Shown here piece after piece: positions 53,017-61,323 of a stretch of 64,000 bases of DNA. Under the pieces are notes generated by a model, which was not told the DNA's origin, searched no databases, and saw only the letters and a program-made list of their open reading frames with translations. The stretch's first letter is position 1. Every line of letters starts with the position of its first letter. The DNA is taken from assembly GCA_963675525.2 (NCBI GenBank), contig CAXXSL010000008.1, forward strand, positions 128,001 to 192,000, written 5' to 3'. The position numbers were made by a program, and so were the translations under genes. Source of the DNA: Anaerohalosphaeraceae bacterium. GTDB lineage: Bacteria; Planctomycetota; Phycisphaerae; Sedimentisphaerales; Anaerohalosphaeraceae.

Positions 53017-54038
53017 TTTATTTCCAAGTAGCATATAACCATTCGATGGTCAGAGTGCTTTGCCTTTCTTGCAAAAACTGATACAGGTTTGAAATCTCGG
53101 CTTGCCCATATCTGATCAACCCTGAAAAGGGGAACGGAATTAAGCGCCGTATGTCCCCAGCCAATTCCGCCTTGACTAAAAGTATCCGACAAAAAAGGCT
53201 TCAAGGCTCGCAAGCAACCATCGTCGGCAGGAACGTTAAAGTCTCCTCCCAGAATAACGGGTATATGACCAGGACGTTGATTGATTTGTTCTACTATTTG
53301 TTCAATCTGCTTTCGTCTCAATTCTCGATCTTTCTTATGACCTATCCAGCTGTGTCGAGACAAAATATTGATGTCTATCATAGGAGGTTTTAGTCGAATA
53401 CAATTTACTTCGAGTTTATAACCGGACTCCAATCGAACTTGTGCTTGTGTCATAAAAATATTTTGAGGTTTCGGAAGAGAGATTTCTTCGAGCTGCCCTC
53501 TGACAATTATTGTGGCATCAGGCCCATATGCAATAGCAACATCCCCCTCGAACATTTCCTCCACACAAAATTCAATCTCTTCTTTGCTGGAAGGCGTCTC
53601 CTGAAGTAAAATGATGTCAGGATTGTATGACAGCGTTTCACGAAATGCCTCTATATTACCGCCAGCACAGTTTAATGAGATGATAGTAATTCTTTTATTC
53701 TCGGGTAGACTTTCCCACTTTGAATTCGAAACATAGAGGCCTCTGAAAAGACTTCGAGGCTCTTCCGCAAAGATAAGAATAAAAACAAGCCAACATATAA
53801 TCAAAGTGATATGAATGTATTTTTTGTATAACAAACAGCCCATGGAGAGTGTTATACCAAATAATCCCCACGTCCAAGCTGGAAAGAAAGTCAATGCCGC
53901 ACAAGTATCTGGTTTGAATAGATAACAGATGAGTATCTCAACGAACAATATCATCGAAAAAACAGATGTTATCTTTCCGATCCAGATAAGAAAAGCTTTT
54001 TCGCGTGTATTATACGTTGACCTATCACTTGCTTTCAT
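53013..54038 (-). CDS. Membrane-anchored endonuclease/exonuclease/phosphatase (EEP) family protein
   Basis: Three TMs, PDIILLQE, GGDFN, RVDQIW, SDH. Confidence 0.88.
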   Translation of the reverse strand: MKASDRSTYNTREKAFLIWIGKITSVFSMILFVEILICYLFKPDTCAALTFFPAWTWGLFGITLSMGCLLYKKYIHITLIICWLVFILIFAEEPRSLFRGLYVSNSKWESLPENKRITIISLNCAGGNIEAFRETLSYNPDIILLQETPSSKEEIEFCVEEMFEGDVAIAYGPDATIIVRGQLEEISLPKPQNIFMTQAQVRLESGYKLEVNCIRLKPPMIDINILSRHSWIGHKKDRELRRKQIEQIVEQINQRPGHIPVILGGDFNVPADDGCLRALKPFLSDTFSQGGIGWGHTALNSVPLFRVDQIWASRDFKPVSVFARKAKHSDHRMVICYLEIK

Positions 54039-54039
54039 T

Positions 54040-54753
54040 TTATTTTGCGGCTTCGAGAGCGTCGGTTAGGGTGATGGTACCTTCGTAGAGCGCCCGGCCG
54101 ATAATGGCACCGGCGACACCGGCGGCCTTGAGAGTTTTAACATCTTCAACAGTCGTCACGCCGCCGGCGGCGACGATCGGCAAATCCACAGCCTCAACCA
54201 ATTGTTTCGTTCGTTCGATATTCGGTCCGGCCAGCATTCCGTCCTTGCTGATATCCGTATAGATGATCGCGTCCAGCGGCAAGGCCGCCGCTTGTTTGGC
54301 AAAATCCAGAACACTGTGCGAACCCTGCTCCAGCCAGCCTTCGGTCGCCACCGTACTGCCGCGGGCATCCAGTCCCAACACCAGCCGGTTCGGATATTTG
54401 CGGGCCATTTCACAGAACCAGTCAAATTTCTTGATGGCGCTGCTGCCGAGAATCAGCCGGGTCACGCCCGCATCCAGCATTTTGACAATCGCCTCTTCGT
54501 TGCGAATCCCACCGCCTAATTCGATCTTCATCGGCACATACCCGGCGATATCTGCCACAATCTCGGCATTCATCGGCTTGCCGAGCTTGGCCCCGTCCAG
54601 ATCGACTATATGCAGCCACGTCGCCCCGGCCTCGTGAAACTCTCTGGCCTGCCGAATGGGATTATCCTGGTAAGTAATCTTCTTGTGATATTCGCCCTGA
54701 ACCAGACGTACGCATTTTCCGTCAATCAAATCGATAGCGGGTAAAATATCCAT
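54040..54753 (-). CDS. hisA: ProFAR isomerase
   Basis: PAIDL..GKCVRL, HIVDLDGA, GGGIR, YTDISKDG, GRALYEG. Confidence 0.96.
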   Translation of the reverse strand: MDILPAIDLIDGKCVRLVQGEYHKKITYQDNPIRQAREFHEAGATWLHIVDLDGAKLGKPMNAEIVADIAGYVPMKIELGGGIRNEEAIVKMLDAGVTRLILGSSAIKKFDWFCEMARKYPNRLVLGLDARGSTVATEGWLEQGSHSVLDFAKQAAALPLDAIIYTDISKDGMLAGPNIERTKQLVEAVDLPIVAAGGVTTVEDVKTLKAAGVAGAIIGRALYEGTITLTDALEAAK

Positions 54754-54776
54754 TTCATCTTCCCTGTTTTAAATGG

Positions 54777-55211
54777 TTATAATTCGTAAAGCTGCTCGTC
54801 GCCCAAGATCATAAAACCGTGACCGGCAATCGTTTCTTCCAGGTCGACGCCGTCAGGGTTTTCAAACTCAAGGAAACAAATGCCCTTTCGTTCCGTGGGT
54901 GAAACAAAACCGTAAGCGTCTTTGATATTGACATTTTTCTCCGCCAGCGATGTTGTCAGCTTTGCCAGATTGCCGGGTGCGTCAGCGGCGGAAACCGCAA
55001 GCACTTCCTTCATCGCACAGGCCACACCCAAATCAGCCAGCACTAACTGGGCCTGTTTGGGTTTATCCACGATCATTTTGATCAGGCCGAACTCGCCGCG
55101 ATCCTGAATCGTAAACGCCCAGATATTCATATTGTTTTCAACCAGCACCTTCGAAATCGACTGAATCCGGCCGGGCCGGTTTTCCAGAAAGATTGTTAAT
55201 TGATGAGCCAT
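54777..55211 (-). CDS. Tandem ACT-domain protein
   Basis: QLTIFLENRPGR, PGNLA. Confidence 0.88.
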   Translation of the reverse strand: MAHQLTIFLENRPGRIQSISKVLVENNMNIWAFTIQDRGEFGLIKMIVDKPKQAQLVLADLGVACAMKEVLAVSAADAPGNLAKLTTSLAEKNVNIKDAYGFVSPTERKGICFLEFENPDGVDLEETIAGHGFMILGDEQLYEL

Positions 55212-55229
55212 AATAACTCCTTCGACAGG

Positions 55230-56540
55230 TTATAATTTTTCTCGCTCGTCTACGACCCGTTTGGCCTTGCCTTCGAAAATCGGCAGAGCCCCCGGTTCAT
55301 GCAACTCAATATGCGCATTGATGGTAATCGACGCACGTAGCTTGTCTTTGATTTTGCCCTTGAGCGCATCCAACGCACTGAGGTCACCGGTAAACATCTT
55401 GGAATAAATTTCCACCTGGACGGTCAGCTTATCCAGTGAACCGGACTTGGTCAGACGAATCTGGTAATTGGTTCCTACTTCCGGCACGGCCATGATCACC
55501 TCTTCGATCTGCGACGGAAAGACGTTGACGCCGTTGACGATCAGCATGTCATCCGTGCGTCCCTGAATCCGCGACAGGCGGCGGTGTGTCCGGCCGCACT
55601 TGCAGGGTTCCGGATGCACATAAGCCAAATCCCGTGTGCGATACCGCATCAGCGGCAGTGCCGAACGAATCAGGTTGGTCAGCACCACCTCGCCCGTTTC
55701 GCCGTCCGGCAGCAGTTCGCCGGTTTCCGGATCGATAATTTCAATGATATACGCGTCTTCCCAAACGTGCATGTCTTCTTTATAGACACACTCAAACGCC
55801 ACGCCGGGACCGTTCATTTCGCTAAGCCCGTAAGAGTTGTAAGCGTCAATACCGTACAGTTCTTCGAGTTTGATGCGCGTATTCTCGGAATATGGCTCGG
55901 CCCCCAGAAATGCTTTTTTCAAATGCAGATCATCACGTGTCGTGTCGTATTCGCCCAGCACGGAATGAATATGCAGCAGATAACTGGGCGTTATATGCAG
56001 TGCGGTCGTCTTGAAATCCTTCATCACCTGAATCTGCCGACGCGTATTGCCGCCGCCGATGGGGATCACGGTCATCCCCACACGTTCGGCACCGTAGTGA
56101 AGGCCCAAGCCGCCGGTGAACAATCCGTACGACATCATGTTCTGAAATACATCCCGCGACGTACACCCCGTCGCAACGATCGACCGGGCCAGGATATCGG
56201 TCCAGTTGTCGAGGTCCTGCTGCGTGTAATAAATCACAGTAGGGATTCCGGTCGTCCCGCTGGAAGAGTGTATCCGCACAACCTCGGCCATATCGACCGA
56301 CAACAAGCCCGTGGGAAAACTTTGCCGCAGGTCATCTTTGACGGCAAATGGAATTTTGCATAGGTCAGCCAGCGTTTGAAGATCATCCGGCGATTTAATA
56401 CCCGCCCGCGTCAGGCGTTTTTGATAAAACGGCGTCTTAAACGCCTGCTCGACAATATGATGCAATCGTTCAAGCTGCAATTGCTCCAATGCTGGGCGTT
56501 CAAGCGTCTCGATCCCGGTGTTCCAGTAATTCACTTCCAT
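55230..56540 (-). CDS. paaK: Phenylacetate-CoA ligase family (copy 2)
   Basis: HSSSGTTG, YGLFTGGLG, YGLSE, RYRTRD, GRTDDM, GKAKRV. Confidence 0.93.
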   Translation of the reverse strand: MEVNYWNTGIETLERPALEQLQLERLHHIVEQAFKTPFYQKRLTRAGIKSPDDLQTLADLCKIPFAVKDDLRQSFPTGLLSVDMAEVVRIHSSSGTTGIPTVIYYTQQDLDNWTDILARSIVATGCTSRDVFQNMMSYGLFTGGLGLHYGAERVGMTVIPIGGGNTRRQIQVMKDFKTTALHITPSYLLHIHSVLGEYDTTRDDLHLKKAFLGAEPYSENTRIKLEELYGIDAYNSYGLSEMNGPGVAFECVYKEDMHVWEDAYIIEIIDPETGELLPDGETGEVVLTNLIRSALPLMRYRTRDLAYVHPEPCKCGRTHRRLSRIQGRTDDMLIVNGVNVFPSQIEEVIMAVPEVGTNYQIRLTKSGSLDKLTVQVEIYSKMFTGDLSALDALKGKIKDKLRASITINAHIELHEPGALPIFEGKAKRVVDEREKL

Positions 56541-56559
56541 TTCCACCTCAAAAATATTT

Positions 56560-56594
56560 AACTAATAACTAAGAACTACGAACTCAAAACTCAC
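56560..56594. repeat. Five degenerate tandem heptamers AACTNNN
   Basis: AACTAAT AACTAAG AACTACG AACTCAA AACTCAC. Confidence 0.85.
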
Positions 56595-57022
56595 AATCCC
56601 TGGATACCCTTTTCATCAACCACACTCAAGCCGCTCTTGGCAAGCACCTGCTGGGCCTGTTCCGGATTATCGAAACGGAAAACCAACAGCGCCTTTTCCG
56701 AGTGCTTTTCGACAAACCCATACATGTATTCAACATTGACGTTATTGTCTCTCAAAATACCGAGCACTTCCGCCAAACCGCCCGGCGTATCGGGCACCTC
56801 CACCGCCACGACTTCCGTCTGGTTAGCCGTAATATTATTTTTGCGAAACAGGTCAATGGCTTCTGCAGGCTTGTCAACGACCATCCGCAGCACACCGAAT
56901 GTTTCCGTTTCGGCAATCGTCAACGCACGAATGTTGACCCCCGCGCTGCCCAGCAGCGAGCAAATTTCAGAAAGACGCCCTTTTCGATTTTCAAGAAATA
57001 CGCTGATTTGCGTGATTTTCAT
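56591..57022 (-). CDS. Tandem ACT-domain protein
   Basis: QISVFLENRKGRL, VPDTPGGL, NVEYMY. Confidence 0.92.
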   Translation of the reverse strand: MKITQISVFLENRKGRLSEICSLLGSAGVNIRALTIAETETFGVLRMVVDKPAEAIDLFRKNNITANQTEVVAVEVPDTPGGLAEVLGILRDNNVNVEYMYGFVEKHSEKALLVFRFDNPEQAQQVLAKSGLSVVDEKGIQGL

Positions 57023-57043
57023 AAGACTGTCCCTTTCTCTTTT

Positions 57044-57496
57044 TGAAACCGCAGATTACGCAGATTTCACAGATAAATATTATTATCCTCATTCAATGCG
57101 TACTGATAAAACGTCTATATTTCAGAGAGGATTGACCAAAGTTAATCAGTAAACCAATTTGTAAATGTGCCGTTTTCAAGACATTAATGATTTGTGCTTC
57201 ATCCACAGGAGTCATGCCGGTTTCAGCTTTAATTTCAACGACATGCGTATCAAAACAGATGAAATCCGGTTTATAAAATTTCTCCATCGGAAATTGTTTA
57301 TAGTACAGCTTAATTTGTGGTTGCGACAGGAAAGGCATTTTCCTCTCCCGCAACTCAATTTCCATGGCCTCTTGGTAAACGGCTTCCAAAAAACCCGGCC
57401 CCAGTTCCCGATGAACTTCCATTGCCGCACCAATGATATCATAACTGAACGGGTCTTTTTTATCTATCTGTGTAATCTGTGAAATCTGCGGTTTCA
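57044..57496. mobile_element. Putative GxxExxY element with 36-bp imperfect terminal inverted repeats (57044-57079, 57461-57496)
   Basis: TGAAACCGCAGATTACGCAGATTTCACAGATAAATA vs reverse complement TGAAACCGCAGATTTCACAGATTACACAGATAGATA (32/36); flanks TCTCTTTT and TCTCTTCA. Confidence 0.65.
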
Positions 57497-57497
57497 T
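57093..57497 (-). CDS. GxxExxY protein (PD-(D/E)XK nuclease-like), 134 aa
   Basis: IIGAAMEVHRELGPGFLEAVY, PDF....VVEIK, GLLINFG; start placed at ATG 57497 after the paaK stop. Confidence 0.93.
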   Translation of the reverse strand: MKPQISQITQIDKKDPFSYDIIGAAMEVHRELGPGFLEAVYQEAMEIELRERKMPFLSQPQIKLYYKQFPMEKFYKPDFICFDTHVVEIKAETGMTPVDEAQIINVLKTAHLQIGLLINFGQSSLKYRRFISTH

Positions 57498-57501
57498 CTC
57501 T

Positions 57502-58803
57502 TCACAGACTCCGTTTGTCAACAACACGTTTAGCCTTGCCTTCGCTTCGCTGGATGGTTTTCGGCTCAACCAGTTTCACAGTAACACCAATCGACAGCAC
57601 GGCTTCGATTTCTTTCTTGATCTTGCCTTCCAGAACCCGCATCTGTTTGATTTCATCGGAGAAGATTTTCTCATCGACTTCAACCATGATTTCAACGCTG
57701 TCCAGTTTATGGGCCTGCCGGTCAATCACAAGCTGATAATGCGGCTGTGTGCCCTCGATGCCCAGCAGCACATGCTCGATCTGCGACGGGAACACGTTAA
57801 TCCCGCGAACGACGATCATGTCATCGGTGCGTCCCTTGATCTTGCTGGTTCGCGGACTGGTCCGGCCGCACTGACACGGCTGATTTGTCATGCTCACAAT
57901 GTCCCGTGTACGATAGCGAATCAGCGGAATGCCCTGCTTGGTCAGTGTGGTAAAGACCAACTCGCCATCTTCGCCTTCAGCCACCGGCTGCCCCGTCTCC
58001 GGGTCGATGATCTCCGCGTAGAACACATCCGAATAGACATGCAGGCCGTCTTTATACGTACATTCCTGTGAAACGCCGGGGCCGATGATTTCGCTAAGAC
58101 CATAAATATCCGTCGCCAGCATGTTCCAGGTTTCCTCAATCTCCGCCCGCATGGGTTCACTCCACGGCTCGGCTCCGAAAATACCGATATTCCAACTGGC
58201 TGTCCGCGGGTCGATCCCGAGATCTTTCGCCTGCTCGGCCATATACAGCGAGTAACTCGGCGTACAAGCCAGAATACGCGGCTTAAAATCCTGCATAATC
58301 TTGAGTTGTCGGGCAGTCTGTCCCGACGAAGTCGGGATAATCGTCAGGCCCATCTCCAGTGCCCCGTAATGAAAGCCCAGGCCGCCGGTAAAGAGGCCGT
58401 AGCCATAGGCGATTTGAATAATATCATCCGGCACAGCACCCGCACAGCACAGCGACCGGGCCATCACATCCGACCACAGCTTGATATCGTCACGGGTATA
58501 GCCGACCAGGGTCGGATTGCCCGTCGTGCCGCTGGAGACATGAATCTCTACAAGATCCGCACGCGGACGCGAGAATAATCCGAACGGATAATTATCCCGC
58601 ATGTCCAGCTTGGTCGTAAACGGCAGCTTGACAATATCATCAATGGACTTAATGTCCGAAGGCGTAATGCCCTGGTCGTCAAATTTTTGCTTATAAACAG
58701 GGCAGTTTTCATAGACATACTTGCAGAGGTTAACCAAACGTTCGGATTGAATATTCTTCAAGTCCTCTAACGGCATGGTTTCGATGGTTTCATTCCAAAT
58801 CAT
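57502..58803 (-). CDS. paaK: Phenylacetate-CoA ligase family (copy 1)
   Basis: HVSSGTTG, YGLFTGGLG, YGLSE, GRTDDM, EGKAKRV. Confidence 0.95.
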   Translation of the reverse strand: MIWNETIETMPLEDLKNIQSERLVNLCKYVYENCPVYKQKFDDQGITPSDIKSIDDIVKLPFTTKLDMRDNYPFGLFSRPRADLVEIHVSSGTTGNPTLVGYTRDDIKLWSDVMARSLCCAGAVPDDIIQIAYGYGLFTGGLGFHYGALEMGLTIIPTSSGQTARQLKIMQDFKPRILACTPSYSLYMAEQAKDLGIDPRTASWNIGIFGAEPWSEPMRAEIEETWNMLATDIYGLSEIIGPGVSQECTYKDGLHVYSDVFYAEIIDPETGQPVAEGEDGELVFTTLTKQGIPLIRYRTRDIVSMTNQPCQCGRTSPRTSKIKGRTDDMIVVRGINVFPSQIEHVLLGIEGTQPHYQLVIDRQAHKLDSVEIMVEVDEKIFSDEIKQMRVLEGKIKKEIEAVLSIGVTVKLVEPKTIQRSEGKAKRVVDKRSL

Positions 58804-58851
58804 AGCCTACTCCCGAAAAGAATAACAAAAAATAGTGTACTGTTTTAAGCT

Positions 58852-58897
58852 TGCCATTCCCGCGAAGGAATGTCATTCCCGCGAAGGCGGGAATCCA
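58852..58897 (+). repeat. ATTCCC-N8-GGGAAT (dRS3/REP-like) palindrome preceded by a truncated tandem copy
   Basis: TGCCATTCCCGCGAAGG aa TGTCATTCCCGCGAAGGCGGGAATCCA. Confidence 0.85.
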
Positions 58898-58954
58898 AAA
58901 TCAAATGCTTCCGCCGGAGGCGGTTTCCTTAATTTTGCCTTTTGGACTTTAACT

Positions 58955-59452
58955 TTAAACCTGTTTTACAAGGGCTTTTGCTTTTTTGAAAACCTTTTTA
59001 TTTTCCACCAAAATCTTTTGCGGAAAAACAGTCTTCAAGGCCTTCTCCCAGCTTTTGTCGCTGATCGGCAAATACGCTGCCAGCACACCCACCAATGCCG
59101 TATTCAGATGGCGGGGATTTTCGATGATCTCTTTGAGTTCCCCAAGATAAGCGACCAGATCGACACCGTCTTTTGTGAGGAAGTGCTTTAAGCGGTAATG
59201 TTCATCGGCGTGAAAGCACATCAAAAAATCCGCCTGCCCCGGCGCAATCAGCGGCGAATAGATCTTCTTGCCGAAACGCACATGCGATTCGACAGAACCG
59301 CCCCGCTGACTCATGCCGTGTACTTCGGACTTCTTAACATGAAAGCCTTCAAACATGGCCGCCCAACCAACCAGTTCCGAAGCCTTGATAATTCCCTGCC
59401 CGCCGATGCCGCCAAATGTTACATTATATTCAGTCTGTTTTTTCATCATCAT
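58955..59452 (-). CDS. iorB: Indolepyruvate:ferredoxin oxidoreductase beta subunit
   Basis: GIGGQG, KKSEVHGMSQRGGSV.SHVRFG. Confidence 0.93.
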   Translation of the reverse strand: MMMKKQTEYNVTFGGIGGQGIIKASELVGWAAMFEGFHVKKSEVHGMSQRGGSVESHVRFGKKIYSPLIAPGQADFLMCFHADEHYRLKHFLTKDGVDLVAYLGELKEIIENPRHLNTALVGVLAAYLPISDKSWEKALKTVFPQKILVENKKVFKKAKALVKQV

Positions 59453-59559
59453 ATTCCAGCCGTTCTACATTTTACTGTTTACAATCAAAATTTCACGTTT
59501 CTTCGCGGGTCACCCTAACAATCATAAGTTATGGTTCTACTCGCGGGATTTTACCACCC

Positions 59560-61122
59560 TTAAGGGTGCTTTTTCTTAATCAGTACACAGGGGTGCTTGA
59601 CGATAATCACGCTGAGAGCATCCTCATCCAGACGCTGTTTGACCAATTCTTCCAATTGGCGTAGTTTCCCAATCGGGTCAATGACATCCACGTTATCCGC
59701 ACCGCAGGCCTTGCACAATTTCGCAATATCCAGTGTCTTGGTCTTTTCGTTGCGAATCGTCCACCCCGTCCCGGGATGCTGTTGGCCTCCGGTCATCGCC
59801 GTCGTTGAGTTGTCCAGCACAAAGATAATTCCCTTCGCCTGATTGTAAGCAGCGTTAACTAACCCTGTAATCCCGGAATGCACAAATGTCGAATCACCGA
59901 CCACGCCGACGATTTTGCCGTTTGGATGTGCCCGTCGGAGCCCCTCATTAAACGTGACACCCGCCCCCATGCAGATACAGGTATGCAGGGCCGACGTCGG
60001 CGGCAAGCTCCCCAGCGTATAACAGCCGATATCGCCGCAGACATACAATCCCAGCTTTTTCAGTACTGAAAACGTGGCCCAGTGCGGACACCCCGCACAC
60101 AGTCTCGGCGCCCGGCCGGGAATTTTCTTAACCTTCTTGGGCTTACCCATCACCGCATCGGCAATCACACCCGGTGTCAACTCGCCCAGGCGGAATGAGG
60201 GGTCTTTGAATTTAGCCTTCTTGATGCCCAGCGCCTTAATATGCTCCTCGATGAACGGGTCCAGTTCTTCGATGACGACAAGTTTCTTGACGCTCTTAGC
60301 AAACGCCTTGATTTTTTCATCACAGAACGGATACAAAAACCCCAGCTTCAAATACGACGCTTCCGGGTACGCTTCCTTTAGATAATTATACGGCACACTC
60401 GAGGTAATGATGCCAAGCGAAGTATCGTTCATTTCGATCTTGTTGAGCTTTGTCCGTTCGGAAAACTTTTGCAGTTTTTCAATACGCTTCTCAATAAAAA
60501 CATGACGCAGGCGGGCATTGCCCGGCACCATCACATACTTGCGCATATTCGGCTCAAGTTTGACCGGTTTAACCGTCACACGCTTGCCCAGCTTGACATC
60601 TTCTTTCGTATGCGAAATGCGTGTGGTCATGCGGATAATCACTGGTGTATCGAACGTCTCACTAATCTTAAAAGCCTCACCCACAAAGACTTTGGCTTCG
60701 GCTGGACTGGACGGCTCCAAAACCGGCAGTTTGGCATAGATGCCCACCCATCGCGTATCCTGTTCATTCTGAGACGAGTGCATATCCGGATCGTCACAAA
60801 CCACCACCACAAACCCCGCAGTCACTCCCGCATAGGACGAGGTCATCAGCGGGTCCATCGCCACATTCAGGCCGACATGCTTACAGGCGAATAAACTGCG
60901 AACCCCGCCAACCGCCGCACCGTAGGCCACCTCATAGGCTACCTTTTCATTAACCGACCACTGAACGTCCAGTTCTTTATAGAGTGCCAGAGCCTCCATG
61001 ATTTCCGTCGAAGGCGTACCGGGATAGGCACAGGCTACCGCCAACCCAGATTCCCAGGCCCCCTGTGCCAACGCTTCATTACCGGAAAGAAATGCTTTTT
61101 GAGATGCCGTCATTTTTGCCAT
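59560..61122 (-). CDS. iorA: Indolepyruvate:ferredoxin oxidoreductase alpha subunit (no C-terminal ferredoxin domain)
   Basis: GNEA, YPGTPSTE, NEKVA, KHVGLNVA.D, CAGCPH, GDIGCY, GDSTF.HSG, TTAMTG. Confidence 0.95.
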   Translation of the reverse strand: MAKMTASQKAFLSGNEALAQGAWESGLAVACAYPGTPSTEIMEALALYKELDVQWSVNEKVAYEVAYGAAVGGVRSLFACKHVGLNVAMDPLMTSSYAGVTAGFVVVVCDDPDMHSSQNEQDTRWVGIYAKLPVLEPSSPAEAKVFVGEAFKISETFDTPVIIRMTTRISHTKEDVKLGKRVTVKPVKLEPNMRKYVMVPGNARLRHVFIEKRIEKLQKFSERTKLNKIEMNDTSLGIITSSVPYNYLKEAYPEASYLKLGFLYPFCDEKIKAFAKSVKKLVVIEELDPFIEEHIKALGIKKAKFKDPSFRLGELTPGVIADAVMGKPKKVKKIPGRAPRLCAGCPHWATFSVLKKLGLYVCGDIGCYTLGSLPPTSALHTCICMGAGVTFNEGLRRAHPNGKIVGVVGDSTFVHSGITGLVNAAYNQAKGIIFVLDNSTTAMTGGQQHPGTGWTIRNEKTKTLDIAKLCKACGADNVDVIDPIGKLRQLEELVKQRLDEDALSVIIVKHPCVLIKKKHP

Positions 61123-61175
61123 AAAACCTCTATCTCCAGTTGACGTTAAAATTTCACTTGAATTACTGGCCTATC

Positions 61176-61204
61176 AGCGTACACGATTTGACCATTTGGG
61201 TCAA
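61176..61204 (-). promoter_or_regulatory. iorA promoter with overlapping palindrome
   Basis: TTGACC-N17-TACGCT; perfect inverted repeat TTGACC-N5-GGTCAA at 61188-61204. Confidence 0.55.
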
Positions 61205-61255
61205 GGTTTGAGGGCTGAAAATCACCTTTTGAGAGTAAATTATCCCTTTAAATAC

Positions 61256-61285
61256 AAAAAAAAGGCCCGGCATACGCGCCGGGCC
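61256..61285 (-). terminator. Rho-independent terminator after the porin gene
   Basis: GGCCCGGC-N6-GCCGGGCC followed by T8 on the minus strand. Confidence 0.88.
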
Positions 61286-61323
61286 AAGAGATCAAAAATG
61301 CTCTTGAAAGAGGCATTTAGATT

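Noticed and set aside
57498..57569. Longer start of the GxxExxY ORF
   Set aside because: Lies inside paaK1; the ATG at the inverted-repeat edge fits family length
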